NCBI GenBank assembly: GCA_040755855.1
Contig: JBFMAD010000003.1
Location: forward strand, 192,001-256,000
Direction: 5' to 3'
Source: Planctomycetota bacterium
GTDB taxonomy: Bacteria; Planctomycetota; Brocadiia; JAADGH01
Length of the DNA stretch: 64,000 nt
Notes under the pieces: generated by a model
What the model was told of the DNA's origin: nothing
The model's database searches: none
The model's input: the letters and a program-made list of their open reading frames with translations, nothing else
Translations under genes and position numbers: made by a program
Shown here: positions 37,638 to 47,007 of the stretch, piece by piece
Numbering within the stretch: the first letter of the stretch is position 1
Layout: every line of letters begins with the position of its first letter

Positions 37638-40199
37638 ATGAAGGAGCATCCCGGACCGGCAGGACAAGTGCGTCCCTGTGAGCAGTCGCCCCGGCTCTTT
37701 GAATTGGCGATCGAAAGCCTGTGCGACGCGGTATTCATCATTGACGCCGACAGCGCGACGATATGCCACTGCAACCCCGCCGCGGCGGAGCTATTTGGCT
37801 ACACATCTCAGGAAATGGTCGGACGGACCATGGACTTCCTCTACCCCGATCCGGAGACGGCGGCAAGGTTCCATAAGCGCCTCCATTCGGCGGCGGGAAA
37901 GACGGAGGCCCTCCTGCTGCGGGGCTGGCGGATGAAGCGCAAGGACGGCGCAACCTTCCCCACAAAGCACACCCTGACCCCGATTGACGACGAGTCGGGC
38001 CGCCGCATCGCCTGGGCCAGCGTGGTGTGCGACAGAACCGAGCACAAGAGGAAGGCGGCGGCGATCGGGAGCCGGGATGCCCTGATGGGCGCGCTGCTGG
38101 AGAACCTGCCGTTGGACTTCTGGGCGCGCGATGCGGAGATGCGCTGCATCATGCAGAGCCGGATATCAAAGCAAAGATGGGGCGACCTGCACGGCAAATC
38201 CTTCGAGGAACAGGGGCAGGACCGGCGGACCCTCGCCGTGTGGCGGGAGAACAACAGACGGGCGCTCGCGGGCGAAACGATCCGCGGCGATGTGGATGTG
38301 GTGGACATACAGGGCAATGCCTATCACTGCCACAACATCCTGGCGCCGATCACTGTCGAGGGCCGGATCACAGGGATTCTCGGCGTCAATGTGGACATGG
38401 CCGAGCGGAAGCGCATGGAGGACGCGCTGCGGGCGGGCGAGGAGAAGTACCGCGGCGTTTTCGAGATGGCCCCTGACGGCATCCTGATCGTCAATCGCCG
38501 TGGAGTGATCCTCTCGTGCAACCATGCAACGAGCAGGATAACAGGCTACCCTGAGAACGAACTCGTGGGCAAGCACTTCTCAAAGATAGGAACTCTGAGG
38601 ATAAAAGACATCCCGAAGTATATGAAACTCTTTGTTCAGGTGATCGGGGGACACATTCCCGAGCCTTTTGTAGCTGACGCCGTGCGCAAGAACGGCAGCC
38701 CTCACTCCGTCGAGGTGCGCGTCAACCTCCTCGGCAACGGCATGATCCTGGCAATGATAACCGACATCACCGAGCGGAAACGCATGGAGGACGCCCTCCG
38801 GGCGAGCGAGGAGAAGTACCGTACCGTCTTCGCTGCCAGCCCCGACTTCATTTATCTGACCGACACGAACGGCAATATCATTGACGCGAATCCGGCGCTT
38901 CTCAAAGGCGTTGGGATGTCGCTGGAGGAGATAAGGCGGACTAACGTTCGAGACTTTTATGCCGGCGAGAACATCGAAGAATTGAACGAGGTTATTCGCC
39001 GGGCGCGGAAGGGAGAGGAGATCCGAGGATATGAGGTCGTGGCCAACGCCCCTGGAAGCAAGAAGCGCGTGTATCAGGTCAACGTGGTTCCGTTGACGTT
39101 GGCGGACGGAGAGGCCGCGATCTTGAGCGTAGCTCGGGACATCACGGAGCGAAAACGGGCCGAGGAGGAGCTGCAGAAGTTCAAGACCATCTTCGACAAT
39201 GCAAACTACGGCATGGCGATGGCCGAGATGGACGGCACACTGATCTACGTCAACGAATACTTCGCCCAGGTCCACGGATACCGACCGGAGGAACTCGTCG
39301 GCAAGAACCTGAGCGTATTCCATACCCGTGAGCAGATGAAACAAGTCACAGCCATCAACGAAGGAGCCAAGAAAGCCGGAGGCTTCGGCGCTCTGGAGGT
39401 ATGGCACAAGCACAGAGACGGATCGGTCTTCCCCATGCTCATGAATGTCATCGTCATCCGAGACAACGCAGGAAAGCCGTCGTTCCTGGCCGCCACAGCC
39501 ACCGACATCACGGAGCGCGAGGCCGCCCGCAAAGAGGCGAGGGATCTCTCGCAAAAGATCATCACCCTCCAGGAGGACCTGCTCTCCGACATCTCGCGCG
39601 ATCTCCACGACGAGATCGGCCAACTCCTCACGGCCATTGACTTCGAGGTCGAGACCGCGCGGCGGGCCGTCAAGGCCGGCAAGGGCCTGCCGCCGGACGG
39701 GTTGGACCGCATCAAGGAAGTCACCCGTTCGGCCGTGGGCGCTGTGCGCGGCCTCTGCGCGAGCCTCCGTTCGCCTGTCATCAAGGACCTCGGCTTGCTC
39801 CGCGTCATGGAGGCCCATGTTAACGACTTCCGGGCGCGCACGGGGATTGACGTGGAATTCACCTGTTCGCTCAAGAGAAGCGGCGTCAGTCCCGATGCCG
39901 CCCTTGGCTTGTTCCGAATCATGCAGGAGGCCCTGACTAACGTGGCGCGCCACGCCGAGGCCCGTCAGGTCTCAGTATCCCTTTGCCGGGATAACGGACG
40001 CACCGTGCTGGAGATTTCGGATGACGGCCGCGGGTTCGATGTTGACAGCCCGCCGCCCCATCGGAACATCGGCCTGCGCGGCATGCGCGAGAGGGCGCGA
40101 ACCTTCGGCGGGGAATTTGCCATCGAATCTAAACCAGGGAGCGGCACGCGGATACGGGTCTCTCCGCCGCCGCTATCGGGAGAGGAGGCGCCCCTATGA
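37638..40199 (+). CDS. soluble multi-PAS sensor histidine kinase (HisKA_3, UhpB/NarX-like)
   Basis: About five PAS/PAC repeats ending D(I)TERK, ISRDLHDEIGQ H-box, QEALTN..RH, DDGRGF, GLRGMRER. Confidence 0.92.
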   Translation: MKEHPGPAGQVRPCEQSPRLFELAIESLCDAVFIIDADSATICHCNPAAAELFGYTSQEMVGRTMDFLYPDPETAARFHKRLHSAAGKTEALLLRGWRMKRKDGATFPTKHTLTPIDDESGRRIAWASVVCDRTEHKRKAAAIGSRDALMGALLENLPLDFWARDAEMRCIMQSRISKQRWGDLHGKSFEEQGQDRRTLAVWRENNRRALAGETIRGDVDVVDIQGNAYHCHNILAPITVEGRITGILGVNVDMAERKRMEDALRAGEEKYRGVFEMAPDGILIVNRRGVILSCNHATSRITGYPENELVGKHFSKIGTLRIKDIPKYMKLFVQVIGGHIPEPFVADAVRKNGSPHSVEVRVNLLGNGMILAMITDITERKRMEDALRASEEKYRTVFAASPDFIYLTDTNGNIIDANPALLKGVGMSLEEIRRTNVRDFYAGENIEELNEVIRRARKGEEIRGYEVVANAPGSKKRVYQVNVVPLTLADGEAAILSVARDITERKRAEEELQKFKTIFDNANYGMAMAEMDGTLIYVNEYFAQVHGYRPEELVGKNLSVFHTREQMKQVTAINEGAKKAGGFGALEVWHKHRDGSVFPMLMNVIVIRDNAGKPSFLAATATDITEREAARKEARDLSQKIITLQEDLLSDISRDLHDEIGQLLTAIDFEVETARRAVKAGKGLPPDGLDRIKEVTRSAVGAVRGLCASLRSPVIKDLGLLRVMEAHVNDFRARTGIDVEFTCSLKRSGVSPDAALGLFRIMQEALTNVARHAEARQVSVSLCRDNGRTVLEISDDGRGFDVDSPPPHRNIGLRGMRERARTFGGEFAIESKPGSGTRIRVSPPPLSGEEAPL

Positions 40200-40828
40200 T
40201 CCGGGTCTTGATTGCAGACGATCATCCCATTGTGCTGGCAGGCATGCGGCGGATGCTGGAGCCGGAGGACGACATCTCCGTCGTCGCCACGGCCTCAGAC
40301 GGCGAGGAGGCGCTCCGGCTCTGCAGAGAGGTGAAGCCGGACGTCGCCGTTCTCGATCTGGCGATGCCTCGCCTCGACGGGGAGGAGGTCACGCGGCGGT
40401 TCGCCACGTGCTGCCCAACGATCCGCGTCATCATCCTGACCATGCACGACAGCGAGAACCACGCCATCCGCCTCCTGGAGGCAGGCGCCGCAGGGTTCAT
40501 CCCGAAAGGGGCCTCCGCCGAGGAACTGCCGGACGCCATTCGCAAAGTTCATGCGGGGGGAAGGCACATCAGCCCGTCCATCCTCGAGAAGATCGGGCAG
40601 AACATCGGCAAGTCGGCCGACAGCGATCCGGTGAGCAGACTTTCGGATCGGGAGAAGGAGGTGATCAAACGCATGGCCGCGGGAAAAAAGACCGCCGAGA
40701 TCGCCGGCGAACTCCACCTCAGCATCAGCACCGTCCACACCTATCGCTACCGGATGATGAGCAAGTTGAATTTACACTCCAACGCCGCTCTGATCCGATT
40801 CGCATTCGAGAACGGCCTGGTCAGGTGA
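40196..40828 (+). CDS. NarL/LuxR family response regulator
   Basis: IADDH, LDLAMP, LSDRE.EV, IAGEL.LS.STV.TYR; ATGA overlap with the kinase. Confidence 0.93.
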   Translation: MIRVLIADDHPIVLAGMRRMLEPEDDISVVATASDGEEALRLCREVKPDVAVLDLAMPRLDGEEVTRRFATCCPTIRVIILTMHDSENHAIRLLEAGAAGFIPKGASAEELPDAIRKVHAGGRHISPSILEKIGQNIGKSADSDPVSRLSDREKEVIKRMAAGKKTAEIAGELHLSISTVHTYRYRMMSKLNLHSNAALIRFAFENGLVR

Positions 40829-40857
40829 CGGGGGCATGTCATTCGGACTGCGGCAGA

Positions 40858-40893
40858 TTCCGACCTCCCGGAGGTCGGAACCTCCGGGAGGTT
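40858..40893. repeat. REP-like palindrome doublet between convergent genes
   Basis: TTCCGACCTCCcGGAGGTCGGAA plus AACCTCCgGGAGGTT; same family as 31190-31210. Confidence 0.7.
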
Positions 40894-40897
40894 TCAC

Positions 40898-41425
40898 TTA
40901 CCGCCGCGCCAGAACCGATCTCGCGCCGGCTGGATACGCCCGATCTTCCTCCCCCTGCCGGGCAACGGTGTCGGCCGCCGTTTCGATGTAGCGATACTTG
41001 CCCCCCATCTCATATCCCCAGCAGGGGCGGTAATCGCTCAGACCGGACGCGGCGGCGATCGTGTAGGTCGTAGGGTCGAGGATGTGCCCCCGCCACTCCA
41101 CCCAGGCATGCCAGGCCTCCCCCATAAAGCCGAAGACGATGCGCCCGTTCCTCACCCCGCCCTTCAGCATCTTGTAGTAGAGGAACGTGGCCAGCGCTGT
41201 GCAATCGCCCTTCCCTGTCGCAGCCGTCTCGGCGGGCGACTGCCACAGCCGTTCGGCGCCAGGTCGCCGGTGGTATTCCAGTCGCGCTGCGTCATCCATT
41301 GACTTTCGGATGACCTCCCACTCCCTGTCATAGGGCGTCCTCTCCACAGGAACGACGGTGTAATGGTCCACACACCCGGCGACCAGCAAGACACAGATCA
41401 TGCTGGGTACGACTCTGCTGCGCAT
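40898..41425 (-). CDS. transglutaminase-like cysteine peptidase lipoprotein
   Basis: Lipobox VAGC; WQSP.ET...G.GDC, HAWV, ILDPT (Cys-His-Asp). Confidence 0.75.
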   Translation of the reverse strand: MRSRVVPSMICVLLVAGCVDHYTVVPVERTPYDREWEVIRKSMDDAARLEYHRRPGAERLWQSPAETAATGKGDCTALATFLYYKMLKGGVRNGRIVFGFMGEAWHAWVEWRGHILDPTTYTIAAASGLSDYRPCWGYEMGGKYRYIETAADTVARQGEEDRAYPAGARSVLARR

Positions 41426-41694
41426 GGCAGCACCCCCTTTCGGCGCCCACGGCCGAGTACGTCTTACGACTTACGTCTGAGGCATTTCGCGGCGCGCCTC
41501 GTACGCCCGGTCACGCCCCGCCTCCACTAAAAGTATACCCCATAACTCGATGTGCAGCAAGGTGCACAAGGAATTTTTATGACAGCAAATTCGGCCTCCA
41601 CAGGCCGATTGCACCGCGTGCACAAAAAGCGAGCAGGCGGCGCCAGGATCATACGCGATCTTCCCCTCATGCAAAATCCCTTCCCGCGTAACCG

Positions 41695-41846
41695 GTAACC
41701 CCTCAGTAACGGGGGGACGAACGTAGGGGCGGACCCATGTGTCCGCCCCTCATGGCGTAGAACCTGCGTCGAAGGAGCCGGCACATGGGCCGGCCCCTAC
41801 AATCCCTTTCGACGGCATCGGGAACCCCCCGTCACTGAGGGGTTAC
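41695..41846. mobile_element. MITE-like element containing a GTAG-type REP pair
   Basis: 22-bp TIRs GTAACCCCTCAGT[A/G]ACGGGGGG (1 mismatch), flanked by the direct repeat CGTAACCG; internal GTAGGGGCGGACCCATGTGTCCGCCC ... GGCCCCTAC. Confidence 0.7.
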
Positions 41847-41936
41847 CGTAACCGACGCATTACGCTTGAATTGAGACGGTAACGTCGCTATAATATTTCT
41901 TAGTTTTTCGCGCGCATGGGATGTTGAAGGATGCAC

Positions 41937-42563
41937 ATGGCGACAACCATCAGACAGGCCGTGGAGTCGGACATCGCCCAGGCCGTTGAGGTGGAAAAGG
42001 CCTGCTGGCCCGCGCCGCTCTGCTTCGCGCGAGAGCGCCTGGCCTCCATCCTGAGCACCTTTCCCGATGGTTTCCTCGTCGCCGAGACATCAGGCAACGT
42101 GGTTGGCTTCGTCACCAGCCTGCGCGTCAACCGCGCCTCGGTCGTGGGGCCGTATCCTTCCTGGCACGACATTACCGGCAACGGCTATATCGCCGGACGG
42201 CATCGGCCGGACGGCGACTGCCTCTTCGTCATGGCCGTCAGCGTCTATCCGTTTATCCAGGACCATAGCATTGGGCGTCAGCTCGTGCACGCGGAGGTGG
42301 ACCTGGCGCGGAGCTTGCCGGGCGTGGCGAGCGTGCTCGGCTACACGCGCATCCCACGATACAAGCGGAAGTCCCATCTTTCCGTGGAGGAATATCTTGC
42401 TTTGAAGCGGCCGGACGGGCGGTGCTTTGATTCGGTGCTGGACTTCCATGTGAGCAACGGGGCGCAGATACTCAAGCCTGTTCCGGGCGCGCGGCCGCGA
42501 GACGAAAAGAGCCTCGGTTACGGCGTTCTCATCAGCTACGATGCTCACTTGAAGACGAGCTGA
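41937..42563 (+). CDS. GNAT family N-acetyltransferase (YkwB-like)
   Basis: FPDGFLVAE, W.DIT.NG.I..H.P.GD.L, VSV.P.....IG; promoter TTGAAT-N17-TATAAT at 41866-41894. Alternative start 41931. Confidence 0.8.
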   Translation: MATTIRQAVESDIAQAVEVEKACWPAPLCFARERLASILSTFPDGFLVAETSGNVVGFVTSLRVNRASVVGPYPSWHDITGNGYIAGRHRPDGDCLFVMAVSVYPFIQDHSIGRQLVHAEVDLARSLPGVASVLGYTRIPRYKRKSHLSVEEYLALKRPDGRCFDSVLDFHVSNGAQILKPVPGARPRDEKSLGYGVLISYDAHLKTS

Positions 42564-42662
42564 GCCGTCCGCGGCGAAGGATGCGGCGCTTTTTGCGTTG
42601 ACAGTCCCATACCCCTGTGCTACCATGCCGCCTAAACGCGGCGATGAGAACAACCATCCCTC

Positions 42663-43574
42663 ATGGGCTTGAAGAAATCAGACGCAAATTGGACGACATT
42701 CTGCTGGGAAGGCTTCGAGGTCGAGGTCCCGGCGGACTGGGAGCTTGGCGCTGCAAGCGGGGGATACGAATCGGGATACATCCGCCTGGATGATCCCGAC
42801 ATGGTCCGCTTCGAGATGCGATGGGAGAAGGCCAGGGGCAAGGTCACGGCCAAAGACGTGGTGGATAACCACATCAAGCAGGCCGAGAAAGAAGCCAAAC
42901 GCTCCGGGCAGAACGTCAAGACAAAGCGGGACCTGTCGCTGATCCGGTTGGAGGGTTGCGACTGCGAATGCTTCTCGTTCGACGCGGAGCTCCAGTCGTT
43001 CGGGCTGGTGCGGCGGTGCGGGGAGTGCAAGCGGAACGTATTCGCCCGGGTGATGTACCGGAAGGGGGAGCCGATGCGGAAGGTCGCGCAACGGCTATTT
43101 GAATCGTTGCGGGACCATCCATCGGGGGAGGGGGTGAACTGGCGGTTTTTCGGCTTTGCCTTTGAAAGCCCCGTCGGGATGAGACTGAAGGAACGATCGC
43201 TGAAGACGGGGTGTCTGGAGATGTTGTTCACCCGCGGGAAGGACGAGTTGGAGTATGCGCGGGTGAGCCTGGCCGGCCTTCAACTGCAAAAAAAGAAGTT
43301 GAAGGCGTGGTTTGAGGAGTTTTATAATAAGCGCCTTCGGGCGTATCGCTGCAGATCAAAGGAGGAAATTTTTCGGGGGCACAAGAGCCTGGCATATACG
43401 GGAGAGGCGAAGCTGCTTCGCCCGATCACGACGCTGCTCCGACTCCGCCGGGACCTGTGGGCGCGGGTGTGGTGGTGCGAGGAGTCGGATAAGTTGTTCG
43501 TCTTTCGCGCGACGGCGAAGGCAAAGCAGATGTCCGAGTATGCAAAGTTTGTCGAGACGATCCGGTGCCATTGA
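42663..43574 (+). CDS. conserved hypothetical protein (first gene of the PqqD/ABC operon)
   Basis: Promoter TTGACA-N17-(TGn)TACCAT at 42598-42626; two internal repeats (W.GF..EVP.DW / W.FFGF..ESP.G). Confidence 0.7.
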   Translation: MGLKKSDANWTTFCWEGFEVEVPADWELGAASGGYESGYIRLDDPDMVRFEMRWEKARGKVTAKDVVDNHIKQAEKEAKRSGQNVKTKRDLSLIRLEGCDCECFSFDAELQSFGLVRRCGECKRNVFARVMYRKGEPMRKVAQRLFESLRDHPSGEGVNWRFFGFAFESPVGMRLKERSLKTGCLEMLFTRGKDELEYARVSLAGLQLQKKKLKAWFEEFYNKRLRAYRCRSKEEIFRGHKSLAYTGEAKLLRPITTLLRLRRDLWARVWWCEESDKLFVFRATAKAKQMSEYAKFVETIRCH

Positions 43575-43602
43575 CTCGGCATACGGTCCACATTGAAAGA
43601 GG

Positions 43603-44007
43603 ATGTTCAGGAAAAAGCCACAGCTTACGCGGGAGCAATCGCTGTCGGCGATTCCGGTGCGCAACCAGGCCGTGGAGGTGACGCGGGACGAGGCGGGCCT
43701 GGTTTCGATCTCGATCCCGCGGAAGAAGACCTGGTGGGTTGATCTCGTCGCCAAGGTGTTTTTTGTGCCGCAGGAAAAGCGGATCGGCCTGGACGAGATC
43801 GGCAGCTATGTCTGGGACCTGTGCGATGGAAAGAACAACGTCCGCAGGATCGTGGGGGAGTTCCAGAAGGAGTTCAAGCTGAACCGCAAGGAAGCGGAGT
43901 TGTCTATGCTGAACTATTTGAAGATCCTGGCAAAACGAAGGCTGATCGGCTTGATGATCAAGGAGCCGCAGGAGAGCAGAAAGAAAGGGAAAAAGAAGAA
44001 ACGATGA
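43603..44007 (+). CDS. PqqD family (RiPP recognition element-like) protein
   Basis: LDEIGSYVWDLCDG...V..IV..F...EAE.S...YL..LAKR.LI. Confidence 0.8.
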   Translation: MFRKKPQLTREQSLSAIPVRNQAVEVTRDEAGLVSISIPRKKTWWVDLVAKVFFVPQEKRIGLDEIGSYVWDLCDGKNNVRRIVGEFQKEFKLNRKEAELSMLNYLKILAKRRLIGLMIKEPQESRKKGKKKKR

Positions 44008-44729
44008 GTGAGCGTATTGTTGACCGGGATCGGCGGCGCATCGGCAAGCAGATCGTCCTTCCCCTTTCCAAGGCCGTTGAGATCGCGCTCAAAAGCCTGA
44101 GAATTCGATTCTGGCGCTCCATGATTACCATGGGCGGCATCATCCTGGCAATCGCCTTTGTCATGTCAATCTGGGCCGGCAACGCCTATGTCTCCGGCTT
44201 CAAAACGCTCGACGACGAGAACCCGGACAAGGAAGAGCTGCGCCTCATCATGGAAAAAAAAGGGATTGACGTGAGCGAAGAAACGGGCCTGAGCGCCTCG
44301 CAATACTGGCTCATCGTCTTGTCCCTCCTGGTGTGCGTAGTGGGCATCGTCAACGCCATGCTCATGTCCGTATCCGAGCGCATCCGGGAGATCGGAACGA
44401 TGAAATGCCTCGGCGCGCTGGATGGGTTCATCATCAAGCTGTTCCTCCTGGAGTCGTCGCTCCAGGGCATTGCAGGGACGATCTTCGGCATCGGCATGGG
44501 ATTCGTTCTCAGCTTTATAGGCACACTTCTCGGCTACGGCTGGTACGAGGCCGAGGACTTCCCCTATTTCGGCTTCTATGCGGTAACCTATTTTCCGCTC
44601 AAGGGGCTTCTGGCCTCCGCGGTGCTCTGCTTTGCAATCGGGTCCGTCCTCTCGATCCTCGCTGCCATCGGACCCGCCTACTCCGCGGCAAAGATGCAGC
44701 CGGTTGACGCGATGAGGTCTGAAGAGTAG
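44004..44729 (+). CDS. FtsX/MacB-like ABC permease, short form
   Basis: GIVNAMLMSVSERIREIGTMKCLGA, PAY.AAKM.PVDAMR; ATGA overlap. Confidence 0.88.
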   Translation: MSERIVDRDRRRIGKQIVLPLSKAVEIALKSLRIRFWRSMITMGGIILAIAFVMSIWAGNAYVSGFKTLDDENPDKEELRLIMEKKGIDVSEETGLSASQYWLIVLSLLVCVVGIVNAMLMSVSERIREIGTMKCLGALDGFIIKLFLLESSLQGIAGTIFGIGMGFVLSFIGTLLGYGWYEAEDFPYFGFYAVTYFPLKGLLASAVLCFAIGSVLSILAAIGPAYSAAKMQPVDAMRSEE

Positions 44730-44773
44730 AATAATACTGGTTCCTTCGATTTAGCGATAGGAGGAAACGCTCG

Positions 44774-45634
44774 ATGAAAGATGCGGCTACCGCTCAGGAA
44801 CGCGCCGGTTCGGCAATGGATCAGGTCCAAAACATCGTCCGAACGAAGAACGTCACCAAGGTCTACCGCATGGGCGACGAGGAGGTCTACGCCCTCAACG
44901 GGGTGTCCGTGGAGATCAAGCAGGGCGAGTACATCTCCATCATGGGACCGTCCGGTTCGGGAAAGTCAACGCTCTTCAACATGGTCGGCGGCCTGGACAA
45001 GCCCACCGACGGCAGCGTTTACATTGACGAGGTGGACGTGGCGCAGCTCGACGCCTATGAGCTCGCATGGCTGCGGTGCCGGAAGATCGGCTACATCTTC
45101 CAATCCTTCAACCTGATCCCCGTCATGACCGCCCTGGAGAACGTGACGCTTCCGATGACCTTCGCCGGCCTCACCACCGACGAGGCCCGCGACAAGGGCT
45201 GCCAGCTCCTCGAACTGGTCGGCCTCGGCGAGCGCGTCCTCCACAAGCCGTTCCAGCTCTCCGGCGGCCAGCAGCAGCGCGTCGCCATCGCCCGCGCCAT
45301 GGCCAACGACCCCGCCATCCTCCTCGCCGACGAGCCGACGGGCAACCTCGACCTCTCCACCGGCCGCGAGATCATCGAACTTCTCAGGGAGATGAACGAG
45401 AAATCCGGCGTGACGATCATCTCCGCCACCCACGACATGAAGATGCTCAGCGTCTCCGACCGCATCATCTGGATTCGCGACGGGCAGATCGCCAAGATCG
45501 AGCGGCGCGAGGACCTCGACATCTCCGTCGGCTCCATTGACGGCGAGGAGACAGGCGGCGTCACCGGCGGCCAGGTCAAGCACACTGAGGAAAGTCTCCG
45601 CGGCCAGGAAGAAGGTGAAAAGAAAGAAGAATAA
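44774..45634 (+). CDS. ABC transporter ATP-binding protein (LolD/MacB-like)
   Basis: GPSGSGKST, LSGGQQQR, LADEPTGNLD. Confidence 0.95.
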   Translation: MKDAATAQERAGSAMDQVQNIVRTKNVTKVYRMGDEEVYALNGVSVEIKQGEYISIMGPSGSGKSTLFNMVGGLDKPTDGSVYIDEVDVAQLDAYELAWLRCRKIGYIFQSFNLIPVMTALENVTLPMTFAGLTTDEARDKGCQLLELVGLGERVLHKPFQLSGGQQQRVAIARAMANDPAILLADEPTGNLDLSTGREIIELLREMNEKSGVTIISATHDMKMLSVSDRIIWIRDGQIAKIERREDLDISVGSIDGEETGGVTGGQVKHTEESLRGQEEGEKKEE

Positions 45635-45654
45635 CCGCCGCTTTGCATGACCAC

Positions 45655-45687
45655 ACGGCCAGGGCGTCACGCCCTGGCCGTTTTTTT
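45655..45687 (+). terminator. intrinsic terminator
   Basis: ACGGCCAGGGCG-TCA-CGCCCTGGCCGT followed by a T-run. Confidence 0.85.
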
Positions 45688-45755
45688 ATACTTCAATTTA
45701 CTCTGTCGCTATGTTCCTTCGACAGAAGCAGCTGCGCCCGGTTAGACCAATGGGG

Positions 45756-46751
45756 TCAGCCCGTCCAGTCGAACACCACCCCAAGCGCGTCGGCGGGATT
45801 GTCCGCGAGCATGTTGTAGATGTCGAGGCAATCCTCCGGCCTGGCGACGTGCGTGATAAGGTCCTCCGCCGTCAGTTTGCCCTCGCTCATCAGGCGGAAG
45901 ATCAGGTTCCGCTCGCGCTGCTTCGTCCACCAGAAGTAGATATGCGGCTGCTCCGGGGTGCGCGGGTGAATCGCGCCGAGGATCGAAACCTCGCGCAGGT
46001 GGACCTCCTCCATGAAGCTGAACTCCACCGTCCCGCGCGGCGAGCCGAGCGCGATCAGACGCCCGCACAGACAGGCCAGCTTGACCGCCATCGGATAGAC
46101 CTTCGGGATGCCCGTCGCCTCGATGACACAGTTCGCCCCGTCCTCGACGCAGACGGCGCGGACCGCCGCCGCCGCATCATCCACCTTACCGGGATTGATG
46201 CAGACGTCCGCCCCGCGCGCCTTCGCCTTCTCCAGACGTTTGTCGTCGAGGTCCACCGCGATCACCGGCAGCGCGCCGCTCAGCTTGGCAAGTGAAAGCG
46301 CGAACTGACCGACAAGGCCCAGCCCTGTGACGGCCACCGCCTCGCCAAGTTCGATCTTGGCCACGCGGACGCCGTGCATCGCAATCGCCGCCATGGTCAG
46401 AAGAGCGGCGGACTTCGACGAGACGTTCTCCGGGACCTTCGTGATGAGGTTCGTCATAATGGCATGGCTGGCATGGTTGCCCTGACCGGCCACACAGTCG
46501 CCGGGCTTGATGTCCGTTACGTTCTTTCCGACCTCGAGGACCGTTCCCGCGTTGCAGTAGCCGGTGGGTCGGGGGAACTTCGCCTCGCGGTGTGGCTCGG
46601 ACCCGTGCATCCAGTTCCACAGCTCCGTGCCCCGGCTCACCGTCGTGTATTCATTGCGGACAAGGATTCCATTGTCCGGGACCTTGCCGATCTCGAAATC
46701 CTCGACCTCGATCTGACGGACACCCTTGCAGATGAAGCGACGTCCTTTCAT
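45756..46751 (-). CDS. MDR/zinc-binding alcohol dehydrogenase family protein
   Basis: VS.GTEL, P...GY...G.V.EVG, GLGLVGQ, VIEATG. Confidence 0.88.
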   Translation of the reverse strand: MKGRRFICKGVRQIEVEDFEIGKVPDNGILVRNEYTTVSRGTELWNWMHGSEPHREAKFPRPTGYCNAGTVLEVGKNVTDIKPGDCVAGQGNHASHAIMTNLITKVPENVSSKSAALLTMAAIAMHGVRVAKIELGEAVAVTGLGLVGQFALSLAKLSGALPVIAVDLDDKRLEKAKARGADVCINPGKVDDAAAAVRAVCVEDGANCVIEATGIPKVYPMAVKLACLCGRLIALGSPRGTVEFSFMEEVHLREVSILGAIHPRTPEQPHIYFWWTKQRERNLIFRLMSEGKLTAEDLITHVARPEDCLDIYNMLADNPADALGVVFDWTG

Positions 46752-46784
46752 TCTCGTTTCTCCGATAAAAGCAGATTGTGTGCA

Positions 46785-46937
46785 GGGCAAAATTCACATT
46801 GGACACATAATACCACACTTCCTGTCTTCAGGAAGTGTGGTATACGTAGAAATTGATTTTGCAAAACGATATGACCTCCATCAGCAGGGCAACGTCGGTT
46901 CTCACGGGAAAAAATATGTCCAATGTGAATTTTGCTC
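46785..46937. repeat. about 150-bp element bounded by inverted repeats, with an internal hairpin
   Basis: GCAAAATTCACATTGGACA (46787-46805) is inverted exactly at 46917-46935; 15-bp stem at 46810-46843. Confidence 0.7.
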
Positions 46938-47007
46938 CAGCCCTTGGCGGAATTGCGGGTATCGCCCACGATAGGTACCGTAGCCGGAACCGTCGGCAAT
47001 GTCAATG

